Positions 1 through 8,132 of a stretch of DNA of 32,000 bases are shown piece after piece. Location: assembly GCF_000092105.1 (NCBI RefSeq), contig NC_014148.1, positions 1,080,001 to 1,112,000 on the forward strand. Direction: 5' to 3'. The position numbers and the translations under genes are program-made. The DNA comes from Planctopirus limnophila DSM 3776. GTDB lineage: Bacteria; Planctomycetota; Planctomycetia; Planctomycetales; Planctomycetaceae. Each line of letters starts with the position of its first letter. The first letter of the stretch is position 1. Under the pieces are notes generated by a model. It saw only the letters and a program-made list of their open reading frames with translations, was not told the origin of the DNA and did no database searches.

Positions 1-2
1 CG

Positions 3-1721
3 AAAGATGATTCTGATCCATCCCAGGCTGACCCGTCTCAGACGCTGGCTGAGGCTCTCCGTCAGAACCAGGAAGCGGCCATCGAGACGACCAGCGCTCT
101 GATTTCTCGATTGAGTCAGTGGGAGGGGAAGCGGGGATTGCAGCGGGAACTTGATGAACTGCAAAAGCAGCAAGCCGCTCTGCAGAAGGAATCGGCTGAG
201 CTTGCGACAGAAACGATTGCCCGTGGTGAAATGGAGTTGAGCAGCCAACAGAAAAGCCAGTTACTCACGTTGAAAGATCGTCAACGGGCCTTGGCAGGAC
301 GTGTGGAACAATGGCGAAAAACGCTTGGTCAACTGCAAGCGGGAACTCGATCAGCCAAAGCAGAGATGGACCTTGAAGATCGCCAGAGCCTGAAGAGTTC
401 TCAACAGATTTTCGATCAGGCCGCACTCCAGGAGCTGGCTCTGGATGCGGCTGAACATCTGGCTGAAAACCAGCTGGGAAAGGCCGCGGAAAAACAGACT
501 CAGCTACTCAATGGCATGGAGAAACTTCGTCAGGAATTTCTGAATCGACCGCCTGCAGCCGATGAGTTATTGCTGGGGAAAATCGAAAATCTCGAACGGG
601 ATGTTCAGGAAGAACTCCTCAAAACATTGAGCCAGCCCGACCAGAACAGTACCGATGAAGAACAACTGCAAAAACGGACGCGTGATGAGGAACTCTCTGC
701 CAGAGCCGGCAAGCTGGGTTTGAGACGAGCCGCTGCGACACTCGAACAAGCGGCGGAGGTGACATCACCTCGCGACAGAAAAAGTTCTGATGCTTCTCGC
801 AAAGACGAGGAGCCAGACGAACTGTCCCCCGAGGAACTGACACTCCGGCGCCAGCGGGAAGAGCAGCGGCGGGAACTGATGGAACAGGCCACTCGGGAAA
901 TTGCTCAAGAACGCCGCCTGTTGCAGGAAAAGCTGCTTGCCGAGAAGATTTCGAAAGTCGTGGATCAGCTTCAATCGTTGCTGGAGCGTGTGCAGGGACA
1001 AGATGCAGAAATTCAGCGATTGGCTCAGATTGGTGGAACGGCGGGCCAATTCAGCAGATCACAATTGAAGACGTTAATTGGTGTGGCAGAAGCCACAACA
1101 TCGATTCGTGATGAGTTAGGTGCGATTGCGGAGAACGTGGCACCGGCAGAAATTTTGTCGTGGAGCATTCGTCAAACTTCTGAGCTGGCAGGTCATGTCG
1201 CTCGCGATTTGCGGGAACGACAGGTTGAGCCAGCAGCCCGGGAGCGCAGCCAGCAGTTGATCAAACGACTCACGGCCATCGTGCAGGTGCTCCGTGAATC
1301 GTCCTCAAGCCAGTCACAGACCGGGTCTGGTGGCGGTCGTTCCACCGAGAATGGGCCCGCAAATCAGGAAGGTAGCGGCCCACCCGGTGAAGCGATATCC
1401 AAGCTGGTGCAACTGCGGCTCATTCGCGACTTGCAGCAGGATCTCATGGCGCGAACCAAAGAGTTTGAGGCGGACGGTGCTCAGGGAACAACAGACGTTC
1501 AACGAGAACAACTCGCCCGGGAACAGGCGGAACTTCGTGAGCTGCTTTCGAACCTGCTGGATCAACTTTCTTCGCAGGCTTCAAGTCGTCCCAGCGAGAA
1601 TCGTCCCAGCGAGAAGCCACTTTCGGAACAGCCGGCACCGAGTCCTCCGCTCAAAGACTCAACAGACAGGCCAATCGATCGTCCATTCAATGGGCCTGCA
1701 GACGAAGGGAGTCAGCCATGA
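3..1721 (+). CDS. Large coiled-coil protein, C-terminal part (5' end lies outside the window)
   Basis: Frame 3 is open from base 3, with no stop before the TTG at 111 listed in the ORF track, so the gene is truncated by the window edge. The product is Gln/Glu/Leu/Arg-rich with long heptad-like runs (LQRELDELQKQQAALQKESAEL, REQLAREQAELRELLSNLLDQL) and a Ser/Pro-rich tail. Its stop overlaps the next start (ATGA, 1718-1721). No catalytic motif recognised. Confidence 0.6.
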   Translation, partial: KDDSDPSQADPSQTLAEALRQNQEAAIETTSALISRLSQWEGKRGLQRELDELQKQQAALQKESAELATETIARGEMELSSQQKSQLLTLKDRQRALAGRVEQWRKTLGQLQAGTRSAKAEMDLEDRQSLKSSQQIFDQAALQELALDAAEHLAENQLGKAAEKQTQLLNGMEKLRQEFLNRPPAADELLLGKIENLERDVQEELLKTLSQPDQNSTDEEQLQKRTRDEELSARAGKLGLRRAAATLEQAAEVTSPRDRKSSDASRKDEEPDELSPEELTLRRQREEQRRELMEQATREIAQERRLLQEKLLAEKISKVVDQLQSLLERVQGQDAEIQRLAQIGGTAGQFSRSQLKTLIGVAEATTSIRDELGAIAENVAPAEILSWSIRQTSELAGHVARDLRERQVEPAARERSQQLIKRLTAIVQVLRESSSSQSQTGSGGGRSTENGPANQEGSGPPGEAISKLVQLRLIRDLQQDLMARTKEFEADGAQGTTDVQREQLAREQAELRELLSNLLDQLSSQASSRPSENRPSEKPLSEQPAPSPPLKDSTDRPIDRPFNGPADEGSQP

Positions 1722-2572
1722 AACCATTCCGGAATTCTGTTCTAAGGAAGACGATGGCAAGTTGGCTGCTACCTGGCTGCATGCTGCTTTCGGTAGGGAA
1801 TGCCGTATTAGCGGGTCAATCGGAACCTGACGGAGGACTCTCTCCAGATGCGAACCGGCCGGTTGCAACCCCGCCTGACCAGCCGGTGAAATCATCTGCA
1901 ACCGGCCTGTCACCGCAGCAACTTTCGGCGGAACTTCTCAAGCAGATCGATCAATCGGAGGCGGCACTGCGATCTGCAAAACCAGTTCGCCCCGGAGCCA
2001 CAGCCGAGCAGCCGGCTTCTTTGCATCAAAAGAACTCTATTGAGTTGTTGAACAAACTCATTCAGCAACTTGAACAGCAATCTGAGAATTCTGATTCCCC
2101 CGGAGGTTCTCCCGAGAACAATTCTTCTCCTGCCAATCCCGATGCTTCGTCCAAGCCCGAATCTGGCAAGTCTCAAGGTCAGTCTTCTGAGAAAGAATCT
2201 TCGCGGCAACAAAAAGAGACGACAACCAAAGATCAAGCTGCGAAGAGCGACGCATCCCAGCAGGGAAGCTCTCAAAAGCAAGGTGACAACGCGAACGCAA
2301 ATGAAGCGGAAGCCGGCAACCGCGAGCGTGAACGACTGGCGAAAGAAGCTGCCCGCAAGCGACAACTCGAAGTCGATGTCTGGGGCCACCTGCCCGATAC
2401 GGTGCGTGGTGAATTGCTCAATTCTTTTGATGAACGCATCCTGCCCTCGTATGAGCGGCTGGTCAAGAAATACTACGAGGCGCTGGCAGAAGGACAGCCG
2501 GCATCTGGTGGTGCCAAAGGATCTCCACCATCATCAGCAGCCGGTGGCAAGTCGCCAGTGGGCAAAGATTGA
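1718..2572 (+). CDS. Secreted low-complexity (Ser/Gln/Glu/Lys/Pro-rich) protein with an ordered-looking C-terminal block
   Basis: The ATG overlaps the upstream stop, suggesting translational coupling. The N-terminus has a signal-peptide-like segment (WLLPGCMLLSVGNAVLAG). The C-terminal block VWGHLPDTVRGELLNSFDERILPSYERLVKKYYEALAE looks structured. Family not identified with certainty. Confidence 0.6.
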   Translation: MKPFRNSVLRKTMASWLLPGCMLLSVGNAVLAGQSEPDGGLSPDANRPVATPPDQPVKSSATGLSPQQLSAELLKQIDQSEAALRSAKPVRPGATAEQPASLHQKNSIELLNKLIQQLEQQSENSDSPGGSPENNSSPANPDASSKPESGKSQGQSSEKESSRQQKETTTKDQAAKSDASQQGSSQKQGDNANANEAEAGNRERERLAKEAARKRQLEVDVWGHLPDTVRGELLNSFDERILPSYERLVKKYYEALAEGQPASGGAKGSPPSSAAGGKSPVGKD

Positions 2573-3390
2573 GTCGCTGGCGCGTAGTCGACGTGCCATA
2601 GATAAAGTCCGTGGGCCGGTGCTGTTTCACCCGCCCGTCGGCGATCCTGCAGATCAACAATCTCACGCAGTTTTTCCGGGCCCCACTTGCCGCGACCAAT
2701 ATGGATCAACGTCCCGGCAATTGTGCGTACCATGTTGTAGAGAAAACCATTGGCCGTGATCTCCATGCAGAGGAACTCACCCTCAGGATCGAGTTGGCAT
2801 TCCTCAGATGGAGGGCCGTTTTCTCCCAGCAGATTCCAGTTTCGAATGCGTTGCACACTGGCTTTTATGACTGTTCGCACACTGGTTTTTCGATTAGGCC
2901 ATTGCGTTTCGAGGCTGCGAAAATCGAATGTGCCGACGATCTGCCGAATCGCGAAGTCCATCGCCTGTTCATCGAGCCTCGTGCGATGCCAGAGTGCGTA
3001 CTGCCGATAGAAAGGTGACCAGACGGGCGCGTTGTGAAAGAGGTAGCGATAGGTTTTGAGCCGGGCATGAAACTGGGCATGAAAACCGGGCTGCACATCT
3101 TCGACCTGCCGGATCACGATGTCATCGGGCAGAAATCTTTGCAGTGCTGGTCGAAAGTTGGCTGCGGGAACAGGGCTCGTCGTCGAGAAACTCACGACTT
3201 GCCCAACAGCATGCACACCGGCATCGGTCCGCCCAGCCGCATAGAGGACGGGAGTCTCGGCGGTGAATTCTTGAATCGCCTGCATGAGCGTCGATTGAAT
3301 GCTCACGCCGTTGGGCTGAGTTTGCCAGCCGCAATAGGCCGTTCCATCGTAGGCAATGGTCAGCTTCAATGTTCGCGAGAGATTGTTCAC
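2473..3390 (-). CDS. truA: tRNA pseudouridine(38-40) synthase TruA
   Basis: The N-terminal LKLTIAYDGTAYCGWQ and the catalytic-Asp motif GRTDAGVHA are TruA hallmarks, and length and order of motifs fit. GTG start at 3390 (exact start uncertain). The last ~37 aa are a low-complexity extension that overlaps the convergent gene by 100 nt. Confidence 0.9.
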   Translation of the reverse strand: MNNLSRTLKLTIAYDGTAYCGWQTQPNGVSIQSTLMQAIQEFTAETPVLYAAGRTDAGVHAVGQVVSFSTTSPVPAANFRPALQRFLPDDIVIRQVEDVQPGFHAQFHARLKTYRYLFHNAPVWSPFYRQYALWHRTRLDEQAMDFAIRQIVGTFDFRSLETQWPNRKTSVRTVIKASVQRIRNWNLLGENGPPSEECQLDPEGEFLCMEITANGFLYNMVRTIAGTLIHIGRGKWGPEKLREIVDLQDRRRAGETAPAHGLYLWHVDYAPATQSLPTGDLPPAADDGGDPLAPPDAGCPSASAS

Positions 3391-3413
3391 TGGTCGTGAA
3401 AGGAACCTTTACT

Positions 3414-3756
3414 GTAGGGCAGGCTCCCGCCTGCCGGTGGTGGTATGTGGCTGCGTTAATCAAGGGCTCGCGCAGGCGACGGGGTGGCTGGGGTCAAACG
3501 TCCTCGTTTGCCCCCAGTTCATGGGACTATGATCGTTTTTGATGAAGAGCTTTAAAAGTCATGAATGTATGTCTCGGATGCATTTGCGCTCGAGAACTTG
3601 ATTGACCAGGGGGCGGATGAAGACATCCGACCCCTGCCACCCTGCCGATTAATAGGCATCTCAACAGTTGTTGACGTGACGGAAGCGAAGATTGGTGCAT
3701 TGGCATGCACCCTACATTTTTTGAGCAACTTGATTGGCAGGCGGGAGCCGCCCTAC
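3414..3756. repeat. Composite intergenic repeat element bounded by 21-22 nt terminal inverted repeats and containing one inverted pair of hairpin arms
   Basis: IR-L is GTAGGGCAGGCTCCCGCCTGCC (3414-3435). IR-R is GGCAGGCGGGAGCCGCCCTAC (3736-3756), whose reverse complement matches IR-L except for a 1-nt gap. Inside are arm 3482-3516 (GGGTGGCTGGGGTCAAACGTCCTCGTTTGCCCCCA) and inverted arm 3609-3642 (GGGGGCGGATGAAGACATCCGACCCCTGCCACCC). The ~90 nt between them is a diverged homologue of the 8.26-8.35 kb repeat unit. Confidence 0.8.
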
Positions 3757-3767
3757 CAGATCGGGCC

Positions 3768-5057
3768 TCAGGCGATCGGGTGGCGGGGTTCAATGCGAGC
3801 TTTGCCCACCCAGGGCCTCAAGATTTCCGGGATTTCAATCCCGCCATCAGCCAACTGATAGTTCTCCAACACGGCAATTAAGGCGCGACTGATGGCCACA
3901 CAGGTTCCATTGAGTGTGTGGACATGCTGCGTTCCCTTCTTCTCCGGCAGACGGCAGCGAATCCCCAGCCGACGCGATTGAAAATCGGTGCAGTTCGATG
4001 CTGAAGTCACTTCGCCAAAGGTGTTTCGTCCGGGCATCCAGGCTTCTAAATCGTACTTGCGATAGGCTGGTGCTCCGAGGTCTCCACTGCAGGTATCGAG
4101 GACCTGATAAGGAATGCCCAACTGCTGGAAGACTTCTTCTTCGATGGCCACGATCTCTTCGTGCATCGCGTTGGAAGCGGCCAGGTCGGGAGCTGTGAAG
4201 GCAAACATCTCGACCTTGGTAAACTGATGAACGCGATAAATCCCCCGGCTGGCCCGGCCATGAGCGCCGGCTTCTGTGCGGAAGCAATGTGACAATCCGG
4301 CCATGCGAATGGGTAACTGTTCGATATCGAGAATCTCATCCTTCAAGGAACCACCCAGCGGGATCTCGGCTGTCGCGACGAGACTCAAATCAGTTCCATT
4401 AATTGAGTAGATCTGAGTTTCGTTGCCGCGCGGGTTATAGCCTGTCCCTTCGAGCACTTCGTGGCGTGCCAGATCAGGAGTGACGTAAGGCGTAAAACCT
4501 TTGGCCACGAGCTTCTGGATGGCGAACTGCACCAGTGCCAGTTCGAGGAGCACCGCTTCGTTTTTCAAAAAGTAAAAGCCATGGCCAGCGACTTTAGTAC
4601 CGGCCTGAAAATCAATCAGGTCGCAGATCTCAGCCAGCTCGACGTGATCTCGCACTTTAAAATCGAACGCCTTGGGTGTTCCCCAAGTGCGAATGACTTT
4701 GCTGAAGGTTTCATCCGGGCCGACAGGTGCGTCAGGATGAGTCAGATTGGGCACCTGAGCCTGAATTTCGCGCAGGGCAGCTTCGACCTCCTGCTGCTGC
4801 GTTTCAAATGTCGCGATTTTCTCGCGCAGAGTCCGGCCTTCGGCTACGAGTTTCTGCTTCTCGGCGGGGTCAGCCACTTTGGGGATGGCCGCCGAAAGTT
4901 CCTTCTGGGCATGGCGGGTCTGATCGGCCTGCTGGATGAGTTCAATCCGCTTGTCCCGCAGTTCCAATAATCGCGACAGATCTATGGTCACGTTGCGGTC
5001 GGCACAGTTCTTCGTGATCAGTTCGAGATTGTCGCAGATAAACTGAAGATCCAGCAT
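3768..5057 (-). CDS. serS: Seryl-tRNA synthetase
   Basis: From the ATG at 5057 the protein starts MLDLQFICDNLELI, a canonical SerS N-terminus, followed by the coiled-coil tRNA-binding arm. Class II motifs are present: HCFRTEAGAHG (motif 2) and GTCVAISRALIAVLENYQ (motif 3). The longer ORF-track start (5201) would overlap the upstream gene and adds non-conserved residues. Confidence 0.93.
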   Translation of the reverse strand: MLDLQFICDNLELITKNCADRNVTIDLSRLLELRDKRIELIQQADQTRHAQKELSAAIPKVADPAEKQKLVAEGRTLREKIATFETQQQEVEAALREIQAQVPNLTHPDAPVGPDETFSKVIRTWGTPKAFDFKVRDHVELAEICDLIDFQAGTKVAGHGFYFLKNEAVLLELALVQFAIQKLVAKGFTPYVTPDLARHEVLEGTGYNPRGNETQIYSINGTDLSLVATAEIPLGGSLKDEILDIEQLPIRMAGLSHCFRTEAGAHGRASRGIYRVHQFTKVEMFAFTAPDLAASNAMHEEIVAIEEEVFQQLGIPYQVLDTCSGDLGAPAYRKYDLEAWMPGRNTFGEVTSASNCTDFQSRRLGIRCRLPEKKGTQHVHTLNGTCVAISRALIAVLENYQLADGGIEIPEILRPWVGKARIEPRHPIA

Positions 5058-5176
5058 GTTAGCTTTCGCGCGTATGGTCTTATTGGGCTTCAGGAGTTTG
5101 AAAGAATCTGGAGGTGCTTGGAACACCGGATTCCCAGAGATGCAATCAAAGAGAATTGGTTCGGATCGTGGCCAGA

Positions 5177-6553
5177 TCAAACATTGGCCAGTTCTTCCCA
5201 AAGGATGGCACTGGCCAGAGTTCCCCGATGAAAATCTTCGATTAAGAAATGCTCATCAGGACTGTGCAGATTGTCAGTGTTCTGGCCCCATCCCAAGAGA
5301 AGTGTATCGATTTCCAGCAAACGCTTGAAGGTCGCCACTACTGGAATCGAACCACCTTCTCGAATGAAAACCGGAGCTTTTCCGAAACCGGCTTCAATGG
5401 CCTTGCTGGCAGCCTGCAGAAATGGGCTTTGCCGATCCATCAGAAATGCAGGGCAACCGTGATCGGCTGTGAACTCCAGTCGGCAGGAGGGGTGCAGGTG
5501 ACTGCGGAGAAACTCTTCGAGCGATTTCATCAGAACATCTGGATTCTGGTTGGCGACCAGGCGGCAGGTGATTTTGGCTGTGGCACTCGCGGGAACGATG
5601 GTTTTCGGGCCGGGGCCCGTATACCCACCGTAGATGCCGTTGAATTCGAGTGTGGGTCTGGCCCAGCGCTGTTCAAGGGGAGTAAAGCCGGCTTCGCCTC
5701 GTAAACCGATGGCACCAGTTTCTGCCAGAAAAGCGGCCTGATCGAAAGGGAGCTCGGCGAACCCGGCCCGGTCTGCGTCTGTCAGAGGGACGACATCCGT
5801 ATAGAAACCTGGCACCTGGACTTCGTTGTGTTCGTTGTGCAAGAGGCTTAAGAGGCGAGTCAATTCGCGAATGGGATTCGGGATGGCTCCTCCGAAGACA
5901 CCGCTATGCAGATCTTTCCGTGGGCCATGTACGCGGACTTCGCAGGCGAAAATGCCTCTTAAGCCTGTGGTGATGGCTGGCCAGCCTGGCGCGTACTGGC
6001 TGGTATCGCTGATGACCGCCACATCGGCTTTGAGTTCGTCGCGGTGCTCTGCGAGAAAGCGTTCGAGGTTCTCGGAACCGACCTCTTCTTCGCCTTCAAT
6101 AATGTAATCGAGATCAATGGGGAGCTGGCCTTTGGTCTTCATCCAGGCGAGGGCCGAGAGGATGTGTGTAAGCATCTGGCCTTTGTCGTCGGTGGCTCCT
6201 CGTGCATAGATTTTGCCATCACGCAGGGTGGGCTTGAAAGGGGGCGTTGTCCAAAGATCCAGAGGGTCTGCCGGTTGAACATCGTAGTGCCCGTAAACAA
6301 TAGCGCGTCTACGATTTCCTGGTGCGCGATAGCGGGCCCAGACGATCGGATAACCAGCGGTGGGCATGACTTCACACGACCAGCCAGTGCCTGCAATTTG
6401 AAACAACTCGCTCAAAGTTGCAGCAGCTTGGTGGAGTGAATCAGCGCACTGAGGATCAGCACTGACGGAGGGGATCGACAGGAGTTGACAAAGAATCTTG
6501 ACATTTTCTGCACGACGATTTTTCAACTCATCAGCAAGTGTGGATGGCATCAT
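5177..6553 (-). CDS. M20 family metallopeptidase / dipeptidase (ArgE/DapE/ACY1/CPG2 family)
   Basis: Metal-ligand blocks are typical of M20: VYGHYDVQP, ARGATDDKG, IIEGEEEVGS, and a C-terminal NLHSPDEH. 458 aa with a dimerisation-domain-sized insert. Substrate cannot be inferred. Confidence 0.85.
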   Translation of the reverse strand: MMPSTLADELKNRRAENVKILCQLLSIPSVSADPQCADSLHQAAATLSELFQIAGTGWSCEVMPTAGYPIVWARYRAPGNRRRAIVYGHYDVQPADPLDLWTTPPFKPTLRDGKIYARGATDDKGQMLTHILSALAWMKTKGQLPIDLDYIIEGEEEVGSENLERFLAEHRDELKADVAVISDTSQYAPGWPAITTGLRGIFACEVRVHGPRKDLHSGVFGGAIPNPIRELTRLLSLLHNEHNEVQVPGFYTDVVPLTDADRAGFAELPFDQAAFLAETGAIGLRGEAGFTPLEQRWARPTLEFNGIYGGYTGPGPKTIVPASATAKITCRLVANQNPDVLMKSLEEFLRSHLHPSCRLEFTADHGCPAFLMDRQSPFLQAASKAIEAGFGKAPVFIREGGSIPVVATFKRLLEIDTLLLGWGQNTDNLHSPDEHFLIEDFHRGTLASAILWEELANV

Positions 6554-6829
6554 GAAAATCGATCCTTTGCGAGGCGAACCAACGGCCTTGGGGAGGTGTG
6601 TATTTTTGCTTCAGCACCATGAGAACTGTCATAGGGTTGTACCAGTTTGATGCAGAAAAAAGGAGTTTGTTCACAAAAGCGACAGATCATGAAAAAGGTG
6701 ATTCTGGAGAAACAGAGAGAATTGTTAATCCGATGAAAAAGTGAGCGAATCCCGAGAGCATCGGGTGGGTTTAGCATGTAGGATACTGTCAATGGACTAG
6801 TCGATATGCGGCAGATGCTTTTTGCAGTT

Positions 6830-6846
6830 TGGCGCAGAATATGCTT
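6830..6846 (+). promoter_or_regulatory. Possible sigma54 (-24/-12) promoter upstream of the DUF1559 gene
   Basis: TGGCGCAGAATATGCTT has the GG and GC dinucleotides at the consensus spacing of TGGCAC-N5-TTGCW, with 3 mismatches at non-invariant positions. It lies 90 nt upstream of the ATG at 6936. A single-site match by eye only. Confidence 0.2.
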
Positions 6847-6935
6847 ATCCAAAAGATGTTGTCATGGTTGCGGTGCGTCTGTGTTGGACGCGGTGTCAGC
6901 CTGAATCTTTGATGTCCTTTCGAGGTGGACGATTT

Positions 6936-7961
6936 ATGAAGATGGGTTCGCGGAAGTCTGGCTTCACACTGATTGAGTTGCTGGTGGTGATTGCAATTAT
7001 CGCCATCCTGATTGCATTGCTTCTCCCTGCTGTCCAGCAGGCCCGTGAAGCTGCACGCCGTACACAGTGCCGTAACAACCTGAAGCAGTTGGGTCTGGCA
7101 CTGCACAACTACCATGACAATGCACTGGTTTTCCCACCAGGACACATTGGCTTCAATAACGCCACCACTCCATCGTTCCAGGGTTTCGCCTGGTCAACCA
7201 TGATCCTGCCGTTTGTGGATCAGGCACCACTTTACAACGTGCTGGCAAACCGCTTTAGTTCCTCAGTGCCTTACTCCACAGCTGTGACTCCTGTTGTACC
7301 GACTGCTGCTGAAGTGGCCGCAGTGGCTACGACTTTCCCAGCGATGCGGTGTCCTTCGGACGTGGGTTCCAACCTGGTGAATGCCACTGCCATTTCCGGT
7401 ACGGCGGCTTCAGCCACCTATGCCAACGCTGTGGGTCGTTCAAACTACCCAGGTGTCACTGGTGTGTGGTTGAACGGTACAACATGGGATGGTTTGGAAA
7501 CAGCACAGGCTAACTGGACAGTCGCTAACTTCCGTGGCATTTTCGCTGAGAATAGCCGAGTTGGTATCCGCGACATGACTGACGGTACAAGCAACAGTAT
7601 CGTTGTTGGTGAACGCTGTAGCCCAGCAACTGAGACTGCAGGAACGAATGGTATGGCTTCTTGGGTGAGCTGCTTTGATCGCGGTACACAAGCTGGTCGT
7701 TCATCGGCCTACGGCGACGCCGCCCAGCGTATCAATGTGAACGTAGCAAGTGGAACAGTTGTGAGCACTGCCGGTGCTACCGTTGCCATCACAGCTAACG
7801 GTCCTCGCGGGCAGAACTCAGCATTCAGCAGTCTCCACACAGGTGGTGCCCACTTCCTGTTGGGTGACGGCACTGTCAAGTTCATCAGCGAGAACATTGA
7901 CATCACCATCTACCGCAACTTGGCTCGCGTTAACGACGGCAACGTCATTGGCGAGTTCTAA
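6936..7961 (+). CDS. DUF1559 protein with type II secretion/type IV pilin-like N-terminal cleavage-methylation leader and H-X9-DG motif
   Basis: [61 protein letters not shown] is the stereotyped prepilin leader plus DUF1559 head found in large Planctomycetota paralogue families. The C-terminal [12 protein letters not shown] fits H-X9-DG. Start chosen at ATG 6936, preceded by GAGGTGGA; the ORF-track start at 6822 adds an implausible leader. Confidence 0.9.
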   Translation: MKMGSRKSGFTLIELLVVIAIIAILIALLLPAVQQAREAARRTQCRNNLKQLGLALHNYHDNALVFPPGHIGFNNATTPSFQGFAWSTMILPFVDQAPLYNVLANRFSSSVPYSTAVTPVVPTAAEVAAVATTFPAMRCPSDVGSNLVNATAISGTAASATYANAVGRSNYPGVTGVWLNGTTWDGLETAQANWTVANFRGIFAENSRVGIRDMTDGTSNSIVVGERCSPATETAGTNGMASWVSCFDRGTQAGRSSAYGDAAQRINVNVASGTVVSTAGATVAITANGPRGQNSAFSSLHTGGAHFLLGDGTVKFISENIDITIYRNLARVNDGNVIGEF

Positions 7962-8009
7962 TTGAGTCTGGCAGAGCTTTTGTTCTGTCGAACTTCAATG
8001 ATGATCTTC

Positions 8010-8055
8010 AAAGTGACCCGTGTGATTAAGAATCACATGGGTCACTTTCTTTTTT
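8010..8055 (+). terminator. Intrinsic terminator of the DUF1559 gene
   Basis: 18-bp stem AAAGTGACCCGTGTGATT / AATCACATGGGTCACTTT (one G:T pair), 3-nt loop, followed by CTTTTTTG. Lies 49 nt after the stop. Confidence 0.8.
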
Positions 8056-8132
8056 GTGACGATTGTCACCGTCTCTCGGTAAGAGAGTGGCTGGCGAGGC
8101 TGTGATGATTCTGTGCATGCTGCGATGAAGCC

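Noticed and set aside
3778-3790. GGGTGGCGGGG inside the 3' end of serS, resembling the repeat-arm head GGGTGGCWGGGG
   Set aside because: Only the 11-nt head matches and there is no hairpin partner or CCCCC tail. It lies in coding sequence and is most likely a chance similarity.
5058-5201. N-terminal 48-aa extension of serS given in the ORF track
   Set aside because: The canonical SerS N-terminus begins at the internal ATG 5057. The extension is non-conserved-looking and would overlap the 3' end of the upstream M20 peptidase gene (5177-5201).
6550-7145. Minus-strand ORFs 6550-6852 (100 aa) and 6789-7145 (118 aa)
   Set aside because: The first lies in the AT-rich divergent promoter spacer and has Phe/Cys/Ile-rich composition. 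The second is antisense to the highly conserved DUF1559 leader. Neither has supporting signals.
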